A DNA stretch of 14,016 nt from a candidate division WOR-3 bacterium (GTDB lineage Bacteria; Hydrothermota; Tepidihabitantia; Tepidihabitantales; Tepidihabitantaceae), in the NCBI GenBank assembly GCA_965648935.1, contig CBFGIY010000063.1, positions 1-14,016 of the forward strand, read 5' to 3'. How positions within the stretch are numbered: position 1 is the stretch's first letter; the number at the start of each line of letters is the position of its first letter. The position numbers were made by a program, and so were the translations under genes. Positions 1 to 9,230 of the stretch are shown here, one piece after another. The notes under the pieces are model-generated. The model was not told where the DNA came from, ran no database searches, and saw nothing but the letters and a program-made list of their open reading frames with translations.

Positions 1-2
1 GC

Positions 3-1262
3 CAACTGATTGATGAGCTCGCACACTCTCCCCGCCACGTACTTGGTGCCACTGACTGCCTGAGCGAGGGCATCAACCTCCAGGAGCACTTCGATGCGGT
101 CATCCACTACGACCTGCCCTGGAACCCGAACCGCCTCGACCAACGTGAAGGCCGGGTAGACAGATTTGGTCAGCAACGGTCCACGGTAAAGACGGTGCTG
201 CTCTACGGCAAGGACAATCCAATTGACCTCGCCGTCCTCGACGTGCTGGTACGCAAGGCTCGCAAGATTTACGCTCGGCTGGGCATATCCGTGCCAGTCC
301 CGGTGAACAGCGTCAAAGTGATGGAGGCGCTTGCCGATTACCTGTTCCAGAAGGGACGCGACCCCCGTCAAACCGTGCTTTTCGATGACCTGCCCACCGT
401 CAAGCAGATGGACGTTGAATGGAATCGCATCGCCGACCGCGAGAAAGAGAGCCGTACCCGATTCGCCCAGCGCAGCATCCACCCGGACGAGGTGGCTAGG
501 GAAATCGAAGAATCCAACCAGGTCCTGGGCGACGAGTCGGCTGTCGAGGAGTTTGTGCGGGCTGCCTTGGAGCGAGTTGGTGCTCCGATGTCCAAGGCCG
601 ATGGCGTCTGGCGATTCCACTCCGAGCCGCTCCGTAGCCGGCATCCCGTGCTCTACGGCAAACTCAAGGAACACGACGGCCAGGATTTCACGTTCACTCT
701 GCCGGTTCCCGAAGGCGCCTGCTATATCGGACGCAACCACCCAATCACCGCTTCTCTCGCCGACTACCTGCTCGACCTTGCTCTCGACCCTACCGTCAAA
801 GAACCGCCGGCGACGCGTTGCGGCGCCATACGTACCGACGCCGTGTCGAATCGCACGGTGCTGCTCCTTCTTCGACTTCGCTATCGCCTCAGCGAGGCGG
901 ATGCGCCGGAATCCCTCGCCGAGGAACTGCTGGTTAGCGGGTTCACGCCCAACGGGCAGGCACCAACTCTACTCGACCCGGATAACGCTCTCAAGTTGAT
1001 GGGGAGCGTTCCACTCGGCTTCATATCAACCGACGAACGTCGCCGGTCCGCCCAGGAAGCCATTACTCTCCTTCCGTCGCTGACAAAGCCGTTGGAGCAA
1101 CTCGCCCGAGACCGCGCGGAACGTTTGCGTGATGCCCACCGTCGGGTCAGGCGAATCACCCGCGAGGGAAGGCTCGAAGTGAAGCCACACTTGCCCGTAG
1201 ATGTTCTCGGGGTGTACGTCCTCGTGCCGGAACCAAAAGGCAAGAAGGCGGCCGCCGAGTAG
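3..1262 (+). CDS. SNF2-family helicase, C-terminal part (DISARM DrmD-like), 5'-truncated by the window edge
   Basis: The frame of the 195..1262 ORF is open back to position 3 and reads ...HVLGATDCLSEGINLQEHFDAVIHYDLPWNPNRLDQREGRVDRFGQ, i.e. SF2 motifs V and VI in SNF2/RapA form. It lies directly upstream of a large N6-MTase, as in drmD-drmMI pairs. Confidence 0.88.
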   Translation, partial: QLIDELAHSPRHVLGATDCLSEGINLQEHFDAVIHYDLPWNPNRLDQREGRVDRFGQQRSTVKTVLLYGKDNPIDLAVLDVLVRKARKIYARLGISVPVPVNSVKVMEALADYLFQKGRDPRQTVLFDDLPTVKQMDVEWNRIADREKESRTRFAQRSIHPDEVAREIEESNQVLGDESAVEEFVRAALERVGAPMSKADGVWRFHSEPLRSRHPVLYGKLKEHDGQDFTFTLPVPEGACYIGRNHPITASLADYLLDLALDPTVKEPPATRCGAIRTDAVSNRTVLLLLRLRYRLSEADAPESLAEELLVSGFTPNGQAPTLLDPDNALKLMGSVPLGFISTDERRRSAQEAITLLPSLTKPLEQLARDRAERLRDAHRRVRRITREGRLEVKPHLPVDVLGVYVLVPEPKGKKAAAE

Positions 1263-1268
1263 AGCACC

Positions 1269-4200
1269 ATGCCATTCTCAACCGTCAGGGTCGAAGGTGC
1301 GCTGATTCCCGGCGACATCCTTGACCAAATTGCCAAGGGCGAGGCTGTTGGTCAGCGTCCCCAGGACTTCGGCCTGGAGAAGAACCGTCGTCTGACCGAC
1401 GAGGTATCTACAGCCTGGCAGGACGCGGTCACCTACTGGAAGGCGCTCAGCCGGTCCCTCAGTCGCCTGGACGCCGAAGACCCGGTCACCACCCAGACCC
1501 GTGAGCAGTGGGTGCTTCCGCTGCTTCAGAGCCTTGGCTATGAGAAGGTCCCCTTTGTGGCCAAGGCGGCTGAGGTGGGCGGGCAATCGTTCGCTCTGTC
1601 CCATCGCGCCGGAGAACACGAGGACAGCCCACCGATTCACATCGTTGGCCTCCGTGCCGACCTGAACGCCCGGCCTCCGTCCGGTCGTCCGCGGCTCAGC
1701 CCACACGCTCTGGTACAGGAGTACCTGAACCGCACCGAGCATCTCTGGGGAATCGTCACCAACGGCAGGTTGCTCCGTCTACTCCGCGATTCATCGCGGA
1801 TGAGCCGTCCGTCCTACGTCGAGTTCGACCTCGAACAGATGATGAACGCGGAGGCATTCTCCGACTTCTACCTGCTCTACCGGCTGCTTCATCGGACTCG
1901 TCTGCCGTCTACCGATGCCGATGCGCCCAAGTGCCTGCTTGAGACCTACCACCAGCAGGGCATCGAGCAGGGCAGCCGCGTCCGGGAGAAGCTGCGCGAC
2001 GGCGTGGAAAAGGTGCTCAGACTCGTTGGCCAGGGTCTGCTTGAGCATCCGGCCAACTCCAGGCTGGTCGAAGAACTACGGTCTGGCCGACTCACGCCCG
2101 AAGAGTACTACCGCCAGTTGCTGCGCGACGGCGTGGAGGTGGTGCTCAAGCTCGTAGGCCAGGGCCTGCTCGAACACCCCGCGAACTCCCGACTGGTCGG
2201 AGAACTGCGGTCAGGCCGACTCACTCCAGAGGAGTACTATCGCCAGTTGCTGCGCATGGTGTATCGCCTGCTCTTCCTGATGGTCACCGAGGAGCGAGAC
2301 CTGATAGAGGTGAGTGGGTCGAACAACGCCTATGAGCGTTTCTACAGCGTGACGCGGTTGAGGGAAGTCTGCGCCAAGCCGTACGCAGTCACATGGCGCC
2401 ACGACGACCTCTGGCAGGGCCTGCTCACGACATTCGCGCTCTTCGCCGACGAGAGCACCGGCACGAAGCTTGGACTCTCGCCGCTCAACGGCAGTCTGTT
2501 CGGGCCGAATGCGATGCCGGCGCTGGAGGATTCGCGTCTCGTCAACGGAGTGATGCTCGAAGCACTGCGCAACCTGTCGCTCTTCCAGGACCAGAAGGTT
2601 ACGAGGCGGGTCAACTACGCCGCGCTCGACGTAGAGGAATTGGGCAGCGTCTACGAGAGTCTGCTCGACTACCACCCGATTGTGCGCGATGCCAACGGTC
2701 GTCTGCAATTCGAGCTTGCCTTCGGCACGGAGCGCAAGACGACCGGCTCCTACTACACGCGACCGGAGCTAGTGGCTGAACTCATCAAGAGCGCCTTGGT
2801 GCCAGTAATCGAGGCGAAGCTTTCCTCTGCCAAGAGCACCGAAGACAAGGCCAAGGCTCTGCTGAGCATCAAGATCTGCGACCCTGCCTGCGGCTCCGGC
2901 CACTTCCTGCTTGCCGCGGCCCGCCGAATCGGCCGGGAGCTTGCCCGCCTTCGGACCGGCGAGGACGAACCGACCCCAGAGCAATTCCGCTTGGCCGTGC
3001 GTGAGGTCATACAGCACTGCATATACGGTGTGGACCTGAACCCGCTCGCGGTTGACCTCTGCAAGCTGGCGCTCTGGCTCGAAGGTCACTCCACCGGCAA
3101 GCCGCTGAGCTTCCTCGACCACCGCATCAAGTGCGGCAACAGCCTTGTCGGTGTCTTCTCGCTCGACGTGTTCAAGGAGGGAATACCGGACGACGCCTAC
3201 AAGCCGGTGATCGGTGATGACAAAACAGTCGCATCGGCAATCCGCAAACAGAACCGGCAGGAGCGTGCGGCCGGGCGATTGCTCAGCCTGGACTTCGGAC
3301 AGCGCGTTGACCCGAGCGCCGACCTGCCGCTGTTTGCCGAGGCCGCCAGCCGGCTTGAGGCCATCGCCGACGACTCGCCGGCCGAAGTGAAGCGCAAATC
3401 CGATGTCTACGAGCAGGCGCGGAAGAACGAAACCTGGTGGCGCGACAAGACCGCCTGTGACGTCTGGACCGCGGCGTTCTTTTCGCCTCTCACCCGCGCC
3501 GACGACCCGGCAATCCCGACCTCGGACCGGCTTTGGAGATATATTGAGCGGCCCAAAACCGCCCACGGGCTGTTACTCGGCAGGGCCGGAGAGCTGTCGG
3601 CCAGCAACCGTTTCTTCCATTGGCCGCTTGAGTTCCCCGATGTCTTCGCTCAGGGCGGCTTCGACTGCGTCCTCGGCAATCCGCCGTGGGAACGCATCAA
3701 GCTGCAAGAGCAGGAGTTCTTCGCCACCAGGGATACGGCCATAGCCCGGGCACCGAACAAAGCCGCCCGCCAGCGTCTGATAGATGACCTGCGACGGACC
3801 AACCCGGCTCTTGCTGACGAGTTTGAGCGTGCCAAGCACGAACACGAAGCCCAAAGCAAGTTCGTCCGGGCCGGCGGCCGCTTCCCGCTTACGGCGGTTG
3901 GCGACGTAAACACCTACGCCCTGTTTGCCGAACTGGTCCGCGTCCTGCTTGGCCCGACCGGCCGCGCCGGCATTATCGTCCCCACCGGCATTGCCACCGA
4001 TGCATCCACGAGCCGCTTCTTTGGCGACCTGAACGCCGGCAGGGCATTGGTCAGTCTCTATGACTTCGAGAATCGGAAGGCAATCTTCCCCGCTGTGGAC
4101 TCGCGTCAGAAGTTCTGTCTTCTCAGCATCAGCCGCGAAAAGACTGCGTCGGCCGACTTCGCCTTCTTCCTGCTCGGCACCGAGGACATGCTCGACCGGC

Positions 4201-5345
4201 GCCGGCGTTACACTCTGTCGCCCGACGACCTTGCCCTGTTCAATCCCAACACCCGTACCTGTCCGACGTTCCGCACCAAGGTTGACGCCGAGCTCACCCG
4301 CGTCATCTATCAGCGCGTGCCGGTGCTGGTCAACGAACAGACCGGCGCAAACCCGTGGGGCGTGAGGTTCATGGCCATGTTCCATATGTCCAACGACTCC
4401 GGTCTGTTCCGCACGCGCGCAGAGCTCGAAGCGCAGGGCTTCCGGCTTCAGGGCAACATCTTTGTCAAAGGCAATGAACGCTACCTGCCGCTGTATGAGG
4501 CCAAGATGATCTGGCACTACGACCACCGGTTTGGCAGTTACGAGAGAGCTGGCTCGCGCGACAGCACATCATTGCCCGCGACTCGGCCGGACCAGTACGC
4601 CGACCCGGGCTATGTTCCTTTGCCCTGCTACTGGGAGCACGAGAGCGAGGTAAGCGCGCGGCTGGCCGGCCAAGACTCAAAATGGTTGCTCGGATTCCGG
4701 GACGTGACCAACGCTACCAACGAGCGCACGGCCATATTCGCCGCGATACCGCGGACAGCGGTGGGGCACACAATGCCGCTGATGTTATGGGCAGGCAGAG
4801 TGGCGAAGTGCGTCTGCGGGCTGGCCGGTAACCTCGACTCGGTCGTGTTCGATTGGGTAACAAGGCAGAAGCTCGCCGCCACTCACATGACTTACTTCAT
4901 CCTCGAACAACTTCCCGTCCTTCCGCCTGACCGCTACTCCCAGCCCGACCTCGACTTCATTGTGCCGCGGGTGCTGGAGCTTACCTATACGGCCTGGGAC
5001 ATGAAGCCGTTTGCCGAGGACATGGGCTATGATGGGCCGCCATTCAAGTGGGACGAAGACCGGCGGGCGCTACTGCGGGCCGAGCTGGACGCCTATTACG
5101 CGAAGCTCTACGGGCTGACGCGCAAGCAGTTGCGCTACATTCTCGACCCGCGCAGTCTGACCGACCACGAGCTTGAGAACATCCTCGACCCAGCCGAAGA
5201 CCCGCCCGACGCCCCGCGCACGAAGGATTTCCCCGGCGAGACCTTCCGTGTCCTCAAAGAGAAGGAAATCAAGAAGTACGGCGAATACCGCACCCAGCGC
5301 CTCGTCCTCGAAGCCTGGGACCGGCTGTCAGCGGGGTCACCCTAG
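1269..5345 (+). CDS. Large N6-adenine DNA methyltransferase, type IIG/Eco57I-like architecture (DISARM DrmMI-like)
   Basis: Motif X GSYYT, motif I DPACGSGHF, YGVDLNP, motif IV GNPPW and a C-terminal TRD region (PLYEAKMI..., RDVTNATNERT). The N-terminus resembles an HsdR_N/IIG nuclease fold (LLQSLGY...QEYLN...WGIVTNG). Starts 6 bp after the helicase stop. Confidence 0.92.
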   Translation: MPFSTVRVEGALIPGDILDQIAKGEAVGQRPQDFGLEKNRRLTDEVSTAWQDAVTYWKALSRSLSRLDAEDPVTTQTREQWVLPLLQSLGYEKVPFVAKAAEVGGQSFALSHRAGEHEDSPPIHIVGLRADLNARPPSGRPRLSPHALVQEYLNRTEHLWGIVTNGRLLRLLRDSSRMSRPSYVEFDLEQMMNAEAFSDFYLLYRLLHRTRLPSTDADAPKCLLETYHQQGIEQGSRVREKLRDGVEKVLRLVGQGLLEHPANSRLVEELRSGRLTPEEYYRQLLRDGVEVVLKLVGQGLLEHPANSRLVGELRSGRLTPEEYYRQLLRMVYRLLFLMVTEERDLIEVSGSNNAYERFYSVTRLREVCAKPYAVTWRHDDLWQGLLTTFALFADESTGTKLGLSPLNGSLFGPNAMPALEDSRLVNGVMLEALRNLSLFQDQKVTRRVNYAALDVEELGSVYESLLDYHPIVRDANGRLQFELAFGTERKTTGSYYTRPELVAELIKSALVPVIEAKLSSAKSTEDKAKALLSIKICDPACGSGHFLLAAARRIGRELARLRTGEDEPTPEQFRLAVREVIQHCIYGVDLNPLAVDLCKLALWLEGHSTGKPLSFLDHRIKCGNSLVGVFSLDVFKEGIPDDAYKPVIGDDKTVASAIRKQNRQERAAGRLLSLDFGQRVDPSADLPLFAEAASRLEAIADDSPAEVKRKSDVYEQARKNETWWRDKTACDVWTAAFFSPLTRADDPAIPTSDRLWRYIERPKTAHGLLLGRAGELSASNRFFHWPLEFPDVFAQGGFDCVLGNPPWERIKLQEQEFFATRDTAIARAPNKAARQRLIDDLRRTNPALADEFERAKHEHEAQSKFVRAGGRFPLTAVGDVNTYALFAELVRVLLGPTGRAGIIVPTGIATDASTSRFFGDLNAGRALVSLYDFENRKAIFPAVDSRQKFCLLSISREKTASADFAFFLLGTEDMLDRRRRYTLSPDDLALFNPNTRTCPTFRTKVDAELTRVIYQRVPVLVNEQTGANPWGVRFMAMFHMSNDSGLFRTRAELEAQGFRLQGNIFVKGNERYLPLYEAKMIWHYDHRFGSYERAGSRDSTSLPATRPDQYADPGYVPLPCYWEHESEVSARLAGQDSKWLLGFRDVTNATNERTAIFAAIPRTAVGHTMPLMLWAGRVAKCVCGLAGNLDSVVFDWVTRQKLAATHMTYFILEQLPVLPPDRYSQPDLDFIVPRVLELTYTAWDMKPFAEDMGYDGPPFKWDEDRRALLRAELDAYYAKLYGLTRKQLRYILDPRSLTDHELENILDPAEDPPDAPRTKDFPGETFRVLKEKEIKKYGEYRTQRLVLEAWDRLSAGSP
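1992..2249 (+). repeat. In-frame tandem duplication, 2 x 129 bp (43 aa), inside the methyltransferase gene
   Basis: 1992-2120 encodes LRDGVEKVLRLVGQGLLEHPANSRLVEELRSGRLTPEEYYRQL and 2121-2249 encodes LRDGVEVVLKLVGQGLLEHPANSRLVGELRSGRLTPEEYYRQL. 40/43 aa are identical; 21 nt differences by manual alignment. Confidence 0.97.
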
Positions 5346-6176
5346 ATGGCGCGGACGACGACCGTAGTCACACAACTCAAGAATCGACTTCGAGAGGGAG
5401 CGCTAGAGCACGCGCGGCTGCACGGGCATCCTTACTACGAGAGTCTGAACAAGAACCCCGACGAGCGTGTGGTAATGTTCTACTCCCACTCTGGAGGAAC
5501 GAGGCACGGCAACTTCATCGACGTGAGCTTTCAGGCAATAGTGGCCGACAGGAATTGGCGGGAGCGCCTCAACAAGCCTCACACAGTGCGGCGGAGGAGC
5601 TTGCCAGAGCCTTGGAGCACAACTGCGAAAGAGACGGATTCCTCCCACAGCTCGGACGCGCTTCTGATGAACGTGTTCTGCTACCCCGGCATCCTGGCGA
5701 CAGAGAGCATTGCCAGGCTGCTGGAACTAAACGCCCCTAAGACCCCGGTTTTCGGCTACTCGCCCGGTGTGCCGAAGGTCAGTGGTCCCGACAGCACTGA
5801 GGTCGACATGAAGCTAGACGACTTGCTGGTAGAGGCCAAGCTAACTGAGGCAAACAGGCCCGAGCCACACGACATTGACAAGTACGTCACCTACCGGGAC
5901 GTCTTCGCTTCGAACGCGCTGGACGACCTGCCGAACACGTACATCGGATTCCAACTCATCAGGAATGTGCTGGCGGCGCGCGCCACGGGGTGCCGGTTTG
6001 TCGTGCTTCACGACGCAAGTCGAACTGACTTGGACGCTGTGTGGCGTGTCGTGCATGCCGCGATGAGACCCCAGGACTTGGCTTCACGTTGTTCCTCCCT
6101 CACGTGGCAGCAGGTTGCTGCCTCCGCGCCAGAAGAAGTCCGGAAGTTCTTGGCCGCCAAGTACGGGATTGCATAG
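5346..6176 (+). CDS. Putative PD-(D/E)xK restriction-endonuclease-fold protein (resembles PGN_0703-like family)
   Basis: SSHSSDALLMNVFCYP, TEVDMKLDDLLVEAKLTE (D...ExK), FQLIRNVLAA and LTWQQV. The ATG directly follows the MTase TAG (TAGATG). Confidence 0.75.
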   Translation: MARTTTVVTQLKNRLREGALEHARLHGHPYYESLNKNPDERVVMFYSHSGGTRHGNFIDVSFQAIVADRNWRERLNKPHTVRRRSLPEPWSTTAKETDSSHSSDALLMNVFCYPGILATESIARLLELNAPKTPVFGYSPGVPKVSGPDSTEVDMKLDDLLVEAKLTEANRPEPHDIDKYVTYRDVFASNALDDLPNTYIGFQLIRNVLAARATGCRFVVLHDASRTDLDAVWRVVHAAMRPQDLASRCSSLTWQQVAASAPEEVRKFLAAKYGIA

Positions 6177-6204
6177 AAGCCCGCACAGTCGCGATGACGA
6201 CAGC

Positions 6205-6855
6205 ATGAGCCGAAACTCATCCAAAGCCCGGCGCCAACACGATGATTGCGGGAGCTGCATACACTCTCGGTCCCGCGCCCCAGCAACACCGAGGTGCCGA
6301 CCACGGGTGGTCGAGGTCCGTTTTGATGGCGAGTTCCTCAAACGTGGTTTCTGGCTCTACGTATGGGAGGTTGCCACGCCAGACCGTGGTGACTTCTACT
6401 ACGTAGGGCGTACGGGGGACAGCTCATCCTGCAACGCGCAGTCTCCGTTCACTAGGATGGGACAGCATCTCGGGAGCACGATGAGCAGCAACATGCTGCG
6501 AACCCGGCTGGAGGAGCTGGGTGTGAACCGTGAGGACTGCTCCTACAGGCTCATCGCCTACGGCCCCGTCCTATCCGAGGCACCACGTAGATGGGCCACG
6601 CACTGTGCGCGACGGAATCGCGTTGCGGCAATAGAGGACGCTCTGATATGGATGGTCCCGATTGGGCGAAGACTGAACAGGACGGCCGGCAGGCCGGGGA
6701 AGCGCGGTGACGCCGTGCTCACTTCCCTTCTAACCGCACTGCGGAGTCACGGCGTCAAACTGAACTACTATCGCTGGTCACCCGGACTGACCACAGCCAA
6801 AGGCAAGAAGGGTATGACGCCACGGGTCACAGTGCCGGATGGCAGGAGACATTGA
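6205..6855 (+). CDS. GIY-YIG superfamily nuclease (start uncertain: ATG 6205 or GTG 6307)
   Basis: All GIY-YIG elements appear in order: WLY...YYVGRT, R-x3-H (RMGQH), catalytic E (IEDALI) and downstream N (RRLNR). The track start at 6115 overlaps the previous gene and is unlikely. Confidence 0.65.
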   Translation: MSRNSSKARRQHDDCGSCIHSRSRAPATPRCRPRVVEVRFDGEFLKRGFWLYVWEVATPDRGDFYYVGRTGDSSSCNAQSPFTRMGQHLGSTMSSNMLRTRLEELGVNREDCSYRLIAYGPVLSEAPRRWATHCARRNRVAAIEDALIWMVPIGRRLNRTAGRPGKRGDAVLTSLLTALRSHGVKLNYYRWSPGLTTAKGKKGMTPRVTVPDGRRH

Positions 6856-6870
6856 GCAGGGAGGTATAGC

Positions 6871-7107
6871 GTGGAAATCAGGTCGATGAAACCGCAGTCT
6901 ACTGACGGGAACGCCGAGCAGGTGCTGAACAAAGTGGGACTGCAACTGACAAGCGAATCTGAGCGTTCCCTATGGGAGAGCATCAGAAGCGAATTGCGCA
7001 CAGGCGGTACGCTGCGAGCGGAGTCCCACATTAAGGCCCTAATCAAAGCTCGCGCCCAGCGCGTGAAGGATGCTCTTGAGCAGGTGAGTAAGCTGAGGTC
7101 CATATGA
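6871..7107 (+). CDS. Small predicted helical protein (78 aa) coupled to the SMC-like ATPase
   Basis: Strong Shine-Dalgarno GGAGGT at 6860-6865, 5 nt before the GTG. Its stop overlaps the next start (ATGA, 7104-7107). Amphipathic helical pattern. Confidence 0.72.
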   Translation: MEIRSMKPQSTDGNAEQVLNKVGLQLTSESERSLWESIRSELRTGGTLRAESHIKALIKARAQRVKDALEQVSKLRSI

Positions 7108-9230
7108 GCTACCGAATTCACTCTGTCTTGCTGGAGGGGTTCAAGGGGTTCGGCCCCGAGTACGAAATCGTGCTTGATGGTAAGAGCCTCTTCGTGTTTG
7201 GTCCAAACGGCTACGGCAAGACGAGCCTGCTGGAGGGGATACGATGGTGTCTGTACGGGTCATCCGGGTCGTGGCAGAACGAGGTAGTCCGTAACCGGCA
7301 CTATGCCAGCGGGGAATGCAGCGTTGAACTTCGACTGAGCGGTCCGGATGGGCTGTCTCGCATCGTCAGGCGTCAGCCGATTGGCTCAACTCGTTCGGAT
7401 GTCACGGCGTACGCATCGGATGGGCGTGAACTCAACATCACCGAGCTACTTCCGCCATTGAGTTCGCACGGCTCGATGCCCGGTACGTACGTCATCTACG
7501 GGGGTCCCTCACAGCAACCTCCGCCTTGGCGCGCATTGGAGAGCACGGATATTGCCGACTTCGGTCCGGCGATTTATGGCCACTGGGGGCTAACGGAAAT
7601 CCCGCGGCTTGTGAGTGTACTCGGCGAGACAATGAAGGACCATCATGTGGAGGAGGATGAACTCGCGCCACAGGTAGAGACGCTCAAGTCCGAGATACAG
7701 CAGGACGTAGAGCGGCTGGAAGAGGACGTTGACAAGATACTCACCCTGCGTCCTTGGCCGGAACAGGACCCCCCCACGCGCGAGGCATCTGAGGCGCGGT
7801 TGACCAAGATGGCCAGAGAAATAGCAGGTCGGTACGGAGTGGCCGCGGCGGAGCAGGTGGGTGCCAAAGACTCGCTGGTCAGGTTGCGTGACCTGCTGTA
7901 TCAGCACCAACCCACCGAGGACGCCCTACAGCATCGTTTGGACGAGTGCAGCGCGACACGCGAGAAGCTACTGGAGATTCACAAGAAGCTCGCTCAGGTA
8001 GAACATAAGATTCCCGAGCTTGAGGAGCAGCTTGGCACCCTCCGCAAGAGAGCCGAGCAACTCGGCCCAGCCGAGGCCATTCGCGCCGAGCTTGAGGCTG
8101 CAAAGAGAGAGCTGGAGCAGAAGGACCGACGTGGCAGACTCGCGTCCGCAGCGGCGGCCTTCTTGGAGCACGAACGACCGACGCAATGTCCCGTCTGTAG
8201 CGGCGACCTCGACCTAGCCAGTGCGCTGGATTCGCTGCGTGGTGAAGCGAGCACCGCGAGGATTTCCGAGCAGACAGATGCCGGTCTATTGCATGCTCTT
8301 GAGGAGAGTCTTGCCGAGAGAGAGCGACTTGACGTAAGCTTGGGTCGCGTGGGCGAGGAAATTGCCGGCGAACGACAGAAGAGGGCGGTCATCGCGGCGG
8401 AGGCCGGGGCCATTCCAGAAGTCGCTGTTTTACCCGGTGTCTTCGGCCCGAAGGTTCTGGATGAGGCCATAGAAGCCGTTGAGAGCAGAATCCGTGAACT
8501 TCGCGCAAGCCTGGGCGACCTCAGCAAGGCCGTTCAGCTAGACCGTGAGCGGACCGACCATGGACTTGACGAACTGAGATACCATGACCTGCGTGACCAA
8601 CTCGATACGCTGCGAGTTCTGCAAAGAGAAGACCTCGCGCGACTTGAGGAGCAGTTGGTCTCGTTCAGCGAGCTTGGGCCGGCTCTGGATGGGGTGAGGG
8701 TCGCGCTGAGCAACGTTTTGCGTACAGCCATGCGGGAACCGGATAGACTCCCTGCGTTGTGCAAGCGCCTCACTGAGGTCTACCAGCATCTCACGCATCA
8801 GAAGGCGTTTGACCAAATCCTGGTAGACGTTCCCGATGGGGCCAACATCGAGGAACCAAAGCTCCCCGTAAAGGTGATGTCCAGCCGCAAGCCTGACCTA
8901 CCGGCCGAGGAAGCACGCAAGGTGCTGAATGCGCAGGCAGTCAACGCCCTCCGTCTAGTGCCGTACTTCGTGTTCTCAGAGTATCAGGCGGGTGCCGTTC
9001 TGGACTTTCTGCTGCTGGACGACCCAACACAGAGCTTTGACGGAACCAGAGTGGAGGACCTCCTGAGAGAACTGGCCAACGTCGCCAATCACGCCCAGAT
9101 TGTACTGGTTACTCATGAGGAGGACAGGTTCAGGCCAGGGATAGCAGGGTTCTTCCCGGAGGGCAGCTACCGTTGTGCCCGTGTCAAGGATTTCGAGCCA
9201 GGGAGTGGGCCGAAGTTTGAGTTTGACTGA
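7104..9230 (+). CDS. Rad50/SbcC/SMC-like ABC ATPase with coiled coils and a central zinc hook
   Basis: LEGFKGF strand, Walker A GPNGYGKT, coiled coils around CPVC (8187-8198, about residue 362 of 708), Walker B/D-loop FLLLDDPTQSFD and H-switch LVTHE. The ABC signature position reads LNAQAVNA. Confidence 0.9.
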   Translation: MSYRIHSVLLEGFKGFGPEYEIVLDGKSLFVFGPNGYGKTSLLEGIRWCLYGSSGSWQNEVVRNRHYASGECSVELRLSGPDGLSRIVRRQPIGSTRSDVTAYASDGRELNITELLPPLSSHGSMPGTYVIYGGPSQQPPPWRALESTDIADFGPAIYGHWGLTEIPRLVSVLGETMKDHHVEEDELAPQVETLKSEIQQDVERLEEDVDKILTLRPWPEQDPPTREASEARLTKMAREIAGRYGVAAAEQVGAKDSLVRLRDLLYQHQPTEDALQHRLDECSATREKLLEIHKKLAQVEHKIPELEEQLGTLRKRAEQLGPAEAIRAELEAAKRELEQKDRRGRLASAAAAFLEHERPTQCPVCSGDLDLASALDSLRGEASTARISEQTDAGLLHALEESLAERERLDVSLGRVGEEIAGERQKRAVIAAEAGAIPEVAVLPGVFGPKVLDEAIEAVESRIRELRASLGDLSKAVQLDRERTDHGLDELRYHDLRDQLDTLRVLQREDLARLEEQLVSFSELGPALDGVRVALSNVLRTAMREPDRLPALCKRLTEVYQHLTHQKAFDQILVDVPDGANIEEPKLPVKVMSSRKPDLPAEEARKVLNAQAVNALRLVPYFVFSEYQAGAVLDFLLLDDPTQSFDGTRVEDLLRELANVANHAQIVLVTHEEDRFRPGIAGFFPEGSYRCARVKDFEPGSGPKFEFD

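Noticed and set aside
1992..2249. 129-bp repeat as a CRISPR array or DGR template/variable repeat pair
   Set aside because: No spacers, the differences are at synonymous positions rather than adenine-specific, and there is no reverse transcriptase in the window.
331..5367. Many alternative-frame and antisense ORFs over the helicase and MTase (e.g. 331-999 +, 2769-3566 -, 3573-4526 -)
   Set aside because: Shadow ORFs expected in GC-rich coding DNA. They have no recognisable motifs and fully overlap well-supported genes.
1236..6811. 13-bp direct repeat AAAGGCAAGAAGG at 1236-1248 and 6799-6811
   Set aside because: Both copies encode KGKK in basic C-terminal tails. It is a low-complexity purine run with no other sign of a target-site duplication.
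7104..9230. Calling the ATPase sbcC, recN or lmuB
   Set aside because: No sbcD partner, a degenerate signature and a gene order unlike canonical Lamassu. A symbol cannot be justified without a search.
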